This document shows, piece after piece, positions 16,742 to 25,723 of a stretch of 29,403 bases of DNA. The translations under genes were made by a program, and so were the position numbers. The notes beneath the pieces were generated by a model, which searched no databases, had not been told where the DNA came from, and saw only the letters and a program-made list of their open reading frames with translations. The DNA comes from an uncultured Pirellulales bacterium (GTDB lineage Bacteria > Planctomycetota > Phycisphaerae > Sedimentisphaerales > Anaerohalosphaeraceae): NCBI GenBank assembly GCA_964489215.1, contig CAZAYB010000007.1, positions 1 through 29,403 of the forward strand. Direction: 5' to 3'. How positions within the stretch are numbered: position 1 is the first letter of the stretch; each line of letters begins with the position of its first letter.

Positions 16742-17806
16742 TTAACATTTTAGCGTATCTTTACATTTAAGCGAATCACCCCTGGAATAATCAACATACC
16801 TGCCTATCGTTCCAGCTGTTTCCTCCAGATTCTGTATCACTTTTTCAGCCTGAACATAACCGAATTTGCCCGGATACAGTTCATAGTTTTGCCTGTATTT
16901 ATCAGGTGTAAAATTGGGCATTATTACATTTGCCCCCGCTTTGAGTGCTTTTTGAGTGGCCTGTTTAGTTCCCAGAACATCAACTGCTGTAGTAGCGGGT
17001 AAATGACAGTTGCCGGTAACTATTCTTGTAACTGCCAGCATCTTTAACGCAAGCCCGATATTGCCGTCCGCAGACTTTGCCATTGCCGTAGCCTCATGCC
17101 GAATAAACACCCCTATGCCTATCATGTCGAACTGCTTGTGATGATAAAACATAGCATCATCTGCAAGCGGTTTTGTGTCATCACCTGCCAGCCCGACAAG
17201 ACTGCCGCAGCCAACCTGATAATTCAGTTCAGATAAAAATCCCAGGCATTCCATTCTTTTTTCATAACTCATGCCCGGATGAAGTTTCCCATAAAGATTC
17301 CTGTCAGTCGTTTCAATTTTGAGCAGATACCGATCAGCCCCTGCCTGTTTCCAGCATTTATAATCTTCCCAGCTTCTTTCACCGACACTTAAAGTAACCG
17401 CCATATCATACTTGCTTTTAATATCATTGATTACCTCTGCCGGAAATTCCGTCGGCATTTCCTTATCTTCACCGCCCTGCAAAACAATCGTCCTTAGTCC
17501 CGCGCTGTATATACGGTCCGCCGCTTCAAGTATCTCCGTTTTGCTCATCCTGTACCGCTTGAGTGATTTATTGTATCTCGATATCCCGCAGTAAGCACAA
17601 CTGTTATTGCAGATGTTCGTAAATTCAACCAGGCCCCGCAGCAGAATCCCGTCTCCGCAATTTGTGCGTCGAATTTTGTCCGCATATTCAAACAAAATAT
17701 CTCGCTCTGAGCCTTCTGTGTCCAGCAGATACCTGACATCATCATAGCCGGGCACTGATGAAGCTTCAAATTGCTCAAAAATAAGTTCTGCTCTGCTTAG
17801 GGCCAT
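16742..17806 (-). CDS. hydE: [FeFe]-hydrogenase maturation radical SAM protein HydE
   Basis: 'RGLVEFTNICNNSCAYCG' CxxxCxxC, 'LQGGED', 'GADRYLLKIET', 'GANVIMPN', 'YELYPGK'. Confidence 0.93.
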   Translation of the reverse strand: MALSRAELIFEQFEASSVPGYDDVRYLLDTEGSERDILFEYADKIRRTNCGDGILLRGLVEFTNICNNSCAYCGISRYNKSLKRYRMSKTEILEAADRIYSAGLRTIVLQGGEDKEMPTEFPAEVINDIKSKYDMAVTLSVGERSWEDYKCWKQAGADRYLLKIETTDRNLYGKLHPGMSYEKRMECLGFLSELNYQVGCGSLVGLAGDDTKPLADDAMFYHHKQFDMIGIGVFIRHEATAMAKSADGNIGLALKMLAVTRIVTGNCHLPATTAVDVLGTKQATQKALKAGANVIMPNFTPDKYRQNYELYPGKFGYVQAEKVIQNLEETAGTIGRYVDYSRGDSLKCKDTLKC

Positions 17807-18307
17807 TTACTTTCCTGCCAGTTCCTGTTTACGAATATCCCTGATAATTTTCACAATTTTTTCCGGGGTAAGATCACCGTAAATTTTCTCGTCTATCATT
17901 ACAACAGGCGCAAGTCCGCACGCACCGAGACATCGTGCCCCTTCAAGACCAAACATTCCGTCTTCTGTTACCTCGCCTACATCTATCTTAAGCTCATCCT
18001 TAAGAGCGTCCATAACCGCCCCTGCCCCTTTAACATAGCAGGCAGTACCCAAACAAACGCTTATCACATGCCTGCCGGGCTTTTCAAGATTGAAATAATG
18101 ATAGAATGTAGCAACTCCCCAGATATGAGCGGTAGGTATATTCATCTGCTCGGAAATAAGGTCCATTACATCACGGGAAAGAAAACCGAAAAGCTGCTGG
18201 GTCTTGTGCAAAACCGCTATCAGATAAGACTCGGTATGCTTTTTATCCTTGACTTGCTCGATATAATTTTTCAATTCTTCAATTTTACTTTGTTCTGTAG
18301 CCTGCAT
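17807..18307 (-). CDS. hydC: NuoE-like [2Fe-2S] subunit of the multimeric [FeFe]-hydrogenase (HydC/HndA)
   Basis: 'LIAVLH..Q...G.L', 'GVATFY..F', 'CLGTACYVKG', 'RCLGACGLAP'. Confidence 0.93.
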   Translation of the reverse strand: MQATEQSKIEELKNYIEQVKDKKHTESYLIAVLHKTQQLFGFLSRDVMDLISEQMNIPTAHIWGVATFYHYFNLEKPGRHVISVCLGTACYVKGAGAVMDALKDELKIDVGEVTEDGMFGLEGARCLGACGLAPVVMIDEKIYGDLTPEKIVKIIRDIRKQELAGK

Positions 18308-18373
18308 TATGTTTCCTTGTCAACTTACAAATTAGAATTTATTGTTTTTCTGAAACTTTTCTGATAAACTCCT

Positions 18374-19885
18374 TTAAAAGTAAAGGTCGCGTTCACCTTT
18401 TTCTGTTCGATTGTAATAATCCATGAAATTCTCAAAAACAGACGGCATCTGCTCCCGGATTTCCGATATCTCTTTTTCTACTACTTTTTCACCTGCCTGC
18501 CGTGTCTGCTCGCTTGCAAAATCATCAAGCCATTCCCGGAAGGTTATCACCGCGTTTAACTTGCAGAACTTTCCTTCTGTACCATCCTTAAGCAGTCCCA
18601 TTATACATTCACCGGTTCTTCCGCATCTGTAACCTGCGGTGCAAAACGACGTAATATACCCGTCATTAGCCAAATCGCCAATTAGCTCATCGAGACTTCT
18701 TGTATCCCCAAGCATAAACTGCTGTTTTTCTCCGTGCTGTCTGCTGTCGTGTTCGGCATAACCGCCTATCCCGATACAGCTGGAGGCATCGGTCTGGGTG
18801 CACCCAAGTTTGATAAATTTATCACGAATATCTTTACTTTCCCTTGCTGTTATAATCATACCGGTATGCGGTATCGCAAGACGAATTACAGTTACAAGCC
18901 TGCGAAAATCATCATCGCTGACATGATTGGTATTATCTGCCGTAAAAGGCGTGTTATGTGCAGGCTCAAGCCTGGGAAATGATACGGTATGCGGGCCGAT
19001 TGAAAATTTCTTCTCCAGATCTAAAGCATGGCTCACAAGTGCCATAACTTCATACCGCCAGTCACCAAGACCGAAAAGGGCTCCTATGCCGACATCGTCA
19101 ACACCTGCTTCCATCGCCCGGTGCATCGAGTAAAGCCGCCAAAGGTAATTGCTTTTGATAGTATTTGAGGGATGAACCATGCTGTAAAGTTCTCTGTCGT
19201 AAGTTTCCTGGAAAACCTGGAAAGTCCCTATGCCGACTTCATGCAGTTTTTTAAGCTCATCAATCTGAAGTGGTGCTGCATTAACATTAACCCTTCGTAT
19301 CGAGCCGTAACCTTTTCTGGTTTTGCACTTTACCTTATATATGGCACTAATTGTCTCTGCCATATAATCAACACCGCTCGATGGATGTTCACCGTAAACT
19401 ACGATCAGCCTTTTATGACCTATATCACCTGCCAGCACTTTAGTTTCTTCGATTACTTCATCAACTTCAAGCCGGCGCCTTCCTGCCTGGTTGTTATCAC
19501 ATCTGAATCCGCAGTAAAGGCAGTTGTTCACGCACAGATTGCTAAGATAAAGCGGAGCGAAAGTTACTATACGGTTATCATAAACCTTTTTCTTGATCTT
19601 TAATGCAGCTTCTTCCATCTCATGCAGCATTTGCGGATCGGTAACATTCAAAAGCGCCGCCGTTTCAAAAAGATCGAGCGTTTCTATACTCATCGCTTTT
19701 GCAATGATATCTCTTACTTGCCTGGGACCCGGCTCTTTTTGCAAAGCCAGCCCGGACCGTATAGCTTCATCATCAATAAAGCTTTTGCCGTCTTTGTCAA
19801 GATACCTGAGAATCTGGTCCTCGATTATCCGCTGTGCCGACCATTTATCGCTGCACCTGATATTATTTTCAGTTATTGTCCCCAT
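18374..19885 (-). CDS. hydG: [FeFe]-hydrogenase maturation radical SAM protein HydG
   Basis: 'FAPLYLSNLCVNNCLYCGF', 'GHKRL....GEHP', 'FQETY', 'GPHTVSFPRL', C-terminal auxiliary Cys motif CX5CX19C. ATG 19885 preferred over GTG 19894. Confidence 0.96.
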   Translation of the reverse strand: MGTITENNIRCSDKWSAQRIIEDQILRYLDKDGKSFIDDEAIRSGLALQKEPGPRQVRDIIAKAMSIETLDLFETAALLNVTDPQMLHEMEEAALKIKKKVYDNRIVTFAPLYLSNLCVNNCLYCGFRCDNNQAGRRRLEVDEVIEETKVLAGDIGHKRLIVVYGEHPSSGVDYMAETISAIYKVKCKTRKGYGSIRRVNVNAAPLQIDELKKLHEVGIGTFQVFQETYDRELYSMVHPSNTIKSNYLWRLYSMHRAMEAGVDDVGIGALFGLGDWRYEVMALVSHALDLEKKFSIGPHTVSFPRLEPAHNTPFTADNTNHVSDDDFRRLVTVIRLAIPHTGMIITARESKDIRDKFIKLGCTQTDASSCIGIGGYAEHDSRQHGEKQQFMLGDTRSLDELIGDLANDGYITSFCTAGYRCGRTGECIMGLLKDGTEGKFCKLNAVITFREWLDDFASEQTRQAGEKVVEKEISEIREQMPSVFENFMDYYNRTEKGERDLYF

Positions 19886-19901
19886 AATATACACTCACAA
19901 T

Positions 19902-21680
19902 TTAAACTGTGGTTTTATCAACCTTGGATATTATACCAGCAGGGGCCTTAGCCTTGTAATGCGTATGCAGAAGTTTATGACTTTTCTCGCTCAACGGCCT
20001 GCCAAGATATTCCTTGTAAAGACGCTGGATGTCAGGGTTCTCATGACTTCTGCGAATCGTCTTGCCCCTGTCGCTGCTGTAAAGAGCCTCTGCTCTTTTA
20101 CGCAGGCTGTCCTCATCAAGCGGAATGGTGTTAGCGGTAGCATAAGGCTGACCTCCGCCGCCTATACATCCGCCGGGACAACCCATTATCTCAACAAAAT
20201 GGTACCTTTCGGGGTCTTCACGCACTATGGTGAGCAGTTTATGGGCGTTACCAAGGCCATGGGCAACCGCCACCCGAATCTCCTGGCCGTCCATAACAAG
20301 ACTGCCCTCTTTTATTCCCTTAAGTCCGCGTATATTTTCAACCTCGATATCTATCAGGGTTTCTCCTGTGTAGAGTTCATAAGCGGTCCTTATAGCCGCT
20401 TCCATTACACCACCGGTAACCCCGAATATCGTTCCCGCTCCGGAGCTCATTCCAAGCGGTGTGTCAGGTTTCTCTGGTTCTATATTGACAAAGTCTATTC
20501 CCGCAGATTTAATCATCCATGCTATCTCACGGGTAGTAACAACAATATCTGTTGCAGCTGTGCCGTTTATCTGAAGCTCCGGCCTGGCTGCCTCGTACTT
20601 CTTTGCGGTACAGCACATGACCGCCGAGCTGATTATCTTTTCAGGATCAACGTTGATCTTTTCCGCAAAGTAAGTCTTAATCAAAGAGCTCGCCATAGAC
20701 ATCGGACTCTTACATGTAGAAATGTTAGGTATAAGGTCAGGATAAAACTGTTCCATGCACTTCATCCAGGCACTGGAACAGGATGTTATCATCGGAAGCG
20801 GTCCTTTGTTCTGGATTCTTTCAAGAAACTCGCTGCCTTCTTCCATTATCGTAAGATCAGCCGCGAACTGAGTATCGAACACATAATCGAAACCAAGTTT
20901 TCTAAGCGATGCGAAAAGCTCACCTTCAAGATTCTTACCCGCCTCGAGATTAAAAGCTTCCCCGATAGCTGCCCTTACAGAAGGCGCAATCTGGGCTACC
21001 GTGATATAATCCTTATCGTTAAGCCTTTCAAAAAGCTCCTGGGTATAACTTTTCTCTACAAAACTCGCCGTCGGACATACATTAATGCACTGACCGCAGG
21101 TAGTGCATACGCTTTCTGAAAACGGCATATTATAAGCGGGCATTACAACTGTCTTAAAGCCTCTGTGTGCCTGGCCAAGAGCAGTTACCTTCTGGACCTC
21201 AGAACACATACGAACGCATCGCCCGCAAAGAATACATTTATCAGGATTACGAACTACAGAAGGAGAAGAAAGATCCTCCTCGTAACTCTTACGCTCACCT
21301 TCAAAATGTCGCTTGCGAATACCCATCGCGTAAGCAAGCCTTTGAAGCTCACAGTTGCCGTCACGCTCACAAGTATGACAGTCCTGTGGATGGTTATCAA
21401 GCAAAAGCTCTACAATATCACGTCTTGCTCTGCGGATTCCAGCGGTATTGGTATGAATCTTCATACCGTCACTGACTGGAAACGCACAACTGGCGACATA
21501 ATTTTTTGAACCTTCAACTTCTACTATGCAAACCCTGCAGGCACCTTCTATGGAAAGCTTGGGATGATAGCAAAGCCGGGGTATATGAAAACCAAGTTTA
21601 TCAGCGGCCTGCATGATTGTCTGGCCGGAATCTACTTTATATTCCTTATTATTGATATGTATCGAAATCTGTTCACTCAT
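19902..21680 (-). CDS. hydA: [FeFe]-hydrogenase catalytic subunit HydA/HndD (group A3-type domain architecture), variant H-cluster motifs
   Basis: [2Fe-2S] 'LCYH..GACRVC..SC', His-ligated 'HPQDCHTC..C', two [4Fe-4S] 'CILCGRC..C' and 'CTTCGQCINVCP', H-domain P1 TSCSSAW, P2 MCCTAKKYE, P3 EIMGCPGGCIGGGGQP, fused small-subunit tail 'SHENP'. Confidence 0.96.
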   Translation of the reverse strand: MSEQISIHINNKEYKVDSGQTIMQAADKLGFHIPRLCYHPKLSIEGACRVCIVEVEGSKNYVASCAFPVSDGMKIHTNTAGIRRARRDIVELLLDNHPQDCHTCERDGNCELQRLAYAMGIRKRHFEGERKSYEEDLSSPSVVRNPDKCILCGRCVRMCSEVQKVTALGQAHRGFKTVVMPAYNMPFSESVCTTCGQCINVCPTASFVEKSYTQELFERLNDKDYITVAQIAPSVRAAIGEAFNLEAGKNLEGELFASLRKLGFDYVFDTQFAADLTIMEEGSEFLERIQNKGPLPMITSCSSAWMKCMEQFYPDLIPNISTCKSPMSMASSLIKTYFAEKINVDPEKIISSAVMCCTAKKYEAARPELQINGTAATDIVVTTREIAWMIKSAGIDFVNIEPEKPDTPLGMSSGAGTIFGVTGGVMEAAIRTAYELYTGETLIDIEVENIRGLKGIKEGSLVMDGQEIRVAVAHGLGNAHKLLTIVREDPERYHFVEIMGCPGGCIGGGGQPYATANTIPLDEDSLRKRAEALYSSDRGKTIRRSHENPDIQRLYKEYLGRPLSEKSHKLLHTHYKAKAPAGIISKVDKTTV

Positions 21681-21690
21681 TTCTCTTTCC

Positions 21691-23481
21691 TTACGATTTA
21701 GTTATGGCATCGAACTTACATGTGTTATAACACATTCCGCACTTAATACATTTATCCTGATCTATCACGTGCATTTCCTTACGCTGACCGCTTATGGCAT
21801 CAACCGGACATACACGCTTACAAGCTCCGCAACCGACACACTTATCTATAATAAGATAAGTAGCAAGCTGCTTACACACACCTGCCCTGCACTTCTTATC
21901 ACGAATATGTTCCTCATATTCCTGGCGGAAGTTCTTGATAGTGCTTAAAACAGGATTGGGAGCACTTTGACCAAGCCCGCAAAGAGAAGACTTGATGATC
22001 ATTTCTCCAAGCCTTTCAAGCTTTTCAATGTCACCTTCCTTGCCTTTACCCTCTGTCAGTCTGGTAAGTATCTCAAGCATACGTTTGGTACCCTCCCGGC
22101 ATGGAGTGCACTTTCCGCAGGATTCATTCTGGGTAAACTCAAGGAAAAACTTGGCAATATCAACCATACATGAATCCTCGTCTATGACTATCATACCGCC
22201 GGAACCCATTATTGAACCTGCCTGTGCTAAATTTTCATAATCGATAGGCGTATCGATATATTCCTCAGGCAGACAGCCTCCGGAAGGTCCGCCCGTCTGG
22301 ATAGCCTTTAATTTCTTGCCTTCCAGCAGACCGCCGCCTATATCATATACTATTTCTCGAAGGGTAGTGCCCATGGGAACCTCGATAAGACCGGTGTTAA
22401 CCACCTTGCCTGCCAGTGCGAAAACCTTAGTGCCCTTGCTCTTGGCGGTTCCGACAGTACTGAACCATTTGCCGCCGTCCAGAATAACCACAGGGATATT
22501 GGACCATGTCTCGACATTGTTTATCAAAGTAGGCTTGCCGAACAAACCCTTCACCGAAGGATAAGGAGGCCTGGGCCTTGGCATACCCCTTGCCCCCTCT
22601 ATCGAATGAATCAAAGCCGTTTCTTCTCCGCATACAAAAGCACCTGCACCAAGACGAATCTCGAGATCGAAATTAAAATCACTGCCGAGAATATTTTCTC
22701 CAAGGAAACCGTTGTCGCGGGCATCTTTAATCGCCTTTTCTATTCGGCGAATGGCAAGCGGATATTCCGCACGAATATAAACTATACCTTTGCTTGCACC
22801 GATAGCATATCCGCCTATTATCATCCCTTCCACTATCGTATGAGGATCACCCTCAATAGCACTTCTGTCCATAAAAGCACCCGGGTCACCTTCGTCTGCG
22901 TTGCATATTACATATTTTTCTTCGGATTCTTCCGCAGCGGTAAACTGCCATTTAAGACCGGTCGGAAAACCTGCTCCCCCTCGGCCCCTCAGACCAGATT
23001 CCTTTACCATATTGACTACATCATCACTGCTCATATCCGTCAAAACCTTTGCAAGGGCCTCATAACCCCTGACAGAAAGATAATCGTCTATGCTCTCAGG
23101 GTCGATTATCCCGCAGTTACGTAAAGCTATCCGCATCTGCTTCTTAAAGAAATCACTGTCACCGAAAATCCTGAAGAACCTGTTAAACAGATGATCCTCC
23201 TGGACTATCAGCCGTGATACTTCCCTGCCGTTGACAAGATGTTCAGAAACGATTTCCTTCATATCATCCACACCGACATTGCCGTATATCGTATAACCGG
23301 GATTGACCACGACTACTGGCCCCTTGTCACACATACCAAGACAGCCGCTGAGACTGATCTTTACCTTGTCGTCAAGCGAATGTTCCTTAACCTGCTCGTC
23401 AAGAACTTTCCTCAGGTCATGGGTACCTTTTTGTATACAGCCGGTACCATCACACATTGTTACTATCAATTCATCCGACAC
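21691..23481 (-). CDS. hydB: NuoF-like FMN/NADH-binding subunit HydB/HndC
   Basis: N-terminal [2Fe-2S] 'CDGTGC..GCLGMC', 'GLRGRGGAGFPTG', 'NADEGDPGAFMDR', 'GAGAFVCGEETAL', 'GGPSGGC', 'ESCGKCTPCREG', C-terminal 2x[4Fe-4S]; GTG start. Confidence 0.96.
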   Translation of the reverse strand: MSDELIVTMCDGTGCIQKGTHDLRKVLDEQVKEHSLDDKVKISLSGCLGMCDKGPVVVVNPGYTIYGNVGVDDMKEIVSEHLVNGREVSRLIVQEDHLFNRFFRIFGDSDFFKKQMRIALRNCGIIDPESIDDYLSVRGYEALAKVLTDMSSDDVVNMVKESGLRGRGGAGFPTGLKWQFTAAEESEEKYVICNADEGDPGAFMDRSAIEGDPHTIVEGMIIGGYAIGASKGIVYIRAEYPLAIRRIEKAIKDARDNGFLGENILGSDFNFDLEIRLGAGAFVCGEETALIHSIEGARGMPRPRPPYPSVKGLFGKPTLINNVETWSNIPVVILDGGKWFSTVGTAKSKGTKVFALAGKVVNTGLIEVPMGTTLREIVYDIGGGLLEGKKLKAIQTGGPSGGCLPEEYIDTPIDYENLAQAGSIMGSGGMIVIDEDSCMVDIAKFFLEFTQNESCGKCTPCREGTKRMLEILTRLTEGKGKEGDIEKLERLGEMIIKSSLCGLGQSAPNPVLSTIKNFRQEYEEHIRDKKCRAGVCKQLATYLIIDKCVGCGACKRVCPVDAISGQRKEMHVIDQDKCIKCGMCYNTCKFDAITKS

Positions 23482-23532
23482 TTTCTGTTTCCCTTCTGTA
23501 AAAACTGAGTAAAATTCAACTCCGCTGATTTT

Positions 23533-23889
23533 TTATATCACCCATTCTTTTATTACTTCACCTTTTTTAATGTGCCTTTCAATTATTTCCTGGGCACGCT
23601 CAACCGTAACCTTGCCGTACCTGACAGGATTTTTGCCCGTCTCGACAACTTCCACAGTAGGCTCAAGATTACATCTGCCCGCACAGCCTTTCTGACTTAA
23701 ATAAACATCCGTCAGGCCGCCTGTACCTACCGCGTTCTTGAAAACTTCCATTATCTCCTTAGACCCAGCCGCAATTTCGCAGGTGGCCATTCCAACAAAA
23801 ACCCTCTTCGTCGAAAGATAACCCTTGCCTATAATCCTGCTAACTGCCTCGGCTCGTTTCTTCTTGACTATTTCAAGCGGTGTCAGCAT
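23533..23889 (-). CDS. hydD: Thioredoxin-like [2Fe-2S] ferredoxin subunit HydD/HndB
   Basis: 'VFVGMATCEIAAG', 'GCAGRCNLEPTVEV', 'Y..V....A.EI...H'. Confidence 0.88.
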   Translation of the reverse strand: MLTPLEIVKKKRAEAVSRIIGKGYLSTKRVFVGMATCEIAAGSKEIMEVFKNAVGTGGLTDVYLSQKGCAGRCNLEPTVEVVETGKNPVRYGKVTVERAQEIIERHIKKGEVIKEWVI

Positions 23890-25723
23890 TTTTAATACCC
23901 CTTTCTATCTGAAATAAAAATGAATTACCTTTTTCCCTCGGACATGCCCATATCTCTCCGCCATGAGCCTGAACGAGATTCTTCGTTATATAAAGCCCAA
24001 GCCCGTTGCCTTTGACTTTCTTTGTGTCGCTTGTCTTTAATCTTGAAAATTTCTTGAAAAGCTTCTTGCTTTGCTCAGGGTCAATGGGAACACCGTCATT
24101 ATAAACCTCTATTTCTATCTTCCCGTCTAAAAATCGGCCGTTTATAATAACCCTGCCGTGTTCATTACCATATTTTATCGCATTGCTGATAAGATTGTTC
24201 GCAACTATCTGCATAAGATCAGAATCAGCAACCGCTTCCATATCATCCTCAAGATTGTTCTCGATTGTAATATCCTTCTTTACAGCAAGTGTCTCCAAAG
24301 AGCTGACGGTAATATCAAAAACATCCTTTTTAAGAGATATCTCACTTTTATGTACCTTAAGCTGACCCCTTTCAATTCTGCCCAGGTTCAAAAACTTCTT
24401 AACCGTTGCCGCAAGATAATCAAGGTTCCTTGCCACAGAATCGATAGCTTTTCGCTGCTTGAAGTTCACCATACCCAAAAAACCGTCGCGGACAGCATAA
24501 GCGTTCATAATCGCAGAGCCCAGTATGCCGTTAAGCTCATGGGCAACAAAACTTATCAGTTCAACATAACTTTGATTTGAGGTCTCAAGCTGCTCATTAG
24601 ATATCTTAAGGCTTTGCTCACGTTCCTTTATCCGCTCTGCCATGTGATTAAAAGAACTGGCAAGCCGTTTAAGTTCGTTTATCTTAAAATCATCACGGAC
24701 CTTGTGCTCAAGATCACCCTGTGAATACTTCCTGGTGCCGTTGAGCATCTCTATAATTGGCCTGGTAATCGTACCGGTAAGGACCATCGAAAGTACCGCT
24801 GCCAAAACTGTGGCACCTGCAACTAAAACCGAAAATATTAAAAAAATATTCCTGGCCATATCGTTAAAAGGCTTTTCCAGAATACCCACATAAAGGATCC
24901 CGATAACCTCTCCGTGTATGTCGCGTATGGGTTCATAAGCCGTTTTGTACCAGTCGTTTACCACAAAGGCTCTGTCCAGCCACATCTGGCCCTGCTCGGC
25001 GACTTTTTCATAAACTTCCGCTGAAATTCTCGTCCCCACTGCCCGTTTGTTCTTGTCGGTAAGGACATTTGTAGCTATTCTCACATCATCCTGAAATATC
25101 GTCACCGTACCGTAAGGCTTGCCGTAATACATTTCATTGCCAAAAACCAGCGTACGGATCCTGTCGACCAGAGAATGGTCCTTATTGATTATCCTGCCGC
25201 CGTATAACACCCTTACAACTTTACCGTTCTTAACTTCCGGTATAGCGTACTCCTTGCTCATAGCACTTCTGAGAACCGCTTTATTAGTGGGAATTGCCCT
25301 GGGCGTATATTTAATTTCTATCTGAACCCTTGAGCTGAGATCATTATTCATCGACTCAAGTTCCTGTGCTTCAATTATCCTCGTCCCGCCCACCGCTTCT
25401 TTGCTGACAACCGCCTTTTGGACAATATCACTTTTGCTGCTTTGGGCCTTATCGGGACCTATTACATATAAATAATCAAGCTGGGTTTTTTCCCGAAGAA
25501 CATCAATATCACCAGCGCCGGGCAATATTCTCATTATCTGACCAATTCGGTCTATCTCAGTCCGATATACTGTTCGCGCAGCCTTAAGATTGCGAGCGAC
25601 AGTCTCCTCAGCCCGTTCAATAATATCTTTTTTAATGATATAATACCCAAGGCCCGCGATTGACAGACTCATCACAAGGATTACCACTAAAAAATAAAGC
25701 GTTATTCGTTGTCTTATAGACAT
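23873..25723 (-). CDS. Membrane sensor histidine kinase (TM - Cache - TM - HAMP - HisKA - HATPase_c)
   Basis: Two TMs; Cache-type 'TIFQDDVRIATNV..RAVGT..YEPIRD..G.VIGILYVG'; HAMP 'ITRPI..NELKRLASSFNHM'; H-box AHELNGIL; N-box NLISNAIKY; G2 GNGLGL. Confidence 0.92.
   Translation of the reverse strand: MSIRQRITLYFLVVILVMSLSIAGLGYYIIKKDIIERAEETVARNLKAARTVYRTEIDRIGQIMRILPGAGDIDVLREKTQLDYLYVIGPDKAQSSKSDIVQKAVVSKEAVGGTRIIEAQELESMNNDLSSRVQIEIKYTPRAIPTNKAVLRSAMSKEYAIPEVKNGKVVRVLYGGRIINKDHSLVDRIRTLVFGNEMYYGKPYGTVTIFQDDVRIATNVLTDKNKRAVGTRISAEVYEKVAEQGQMWLDRAFVVNDWYKTAYEPIRDIHGEVIGILYVGILEKPFNDMARNIFLIFSVLVAGATVLAAVLSMVLTGTITRPIIEMLNGTRKYSQGDLEHKVRDDFKINELKRLASSFNHMAERIKEREQSLKISNEQLETSNQSYVELISFVAHELNGILGSAIMNAYAVRDGFLGMVNFKQRKAIDSVARNLDYLAATVKKFLNLGRIERGQLKVHKSEISLKKDVFDITVSSLETLAVKKDITIENNLEDDMEAVADSDLMQIVANNLISNAIKYGNEHGRVIINGRFLDGKIEIEVYNDGVPIDPEQSKKLFKKFSRLKTSDTKKVKGNGLGLYITKNLVQAHGGEIWACPREKGNSFLFQIERGIKNADTA

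Noticed and set aside
19593-21119. 508-aa open frame antisense to hydA/hydG
   Set aside because: It is codon-to-codon in register with hydA, so it only requires hydA to avoid TTA, CTA and TCA for about 400 codons (codon bias of a probably highly expressed gene). No RBS or recognisable motif in the translation. Proteomics could overturn this.
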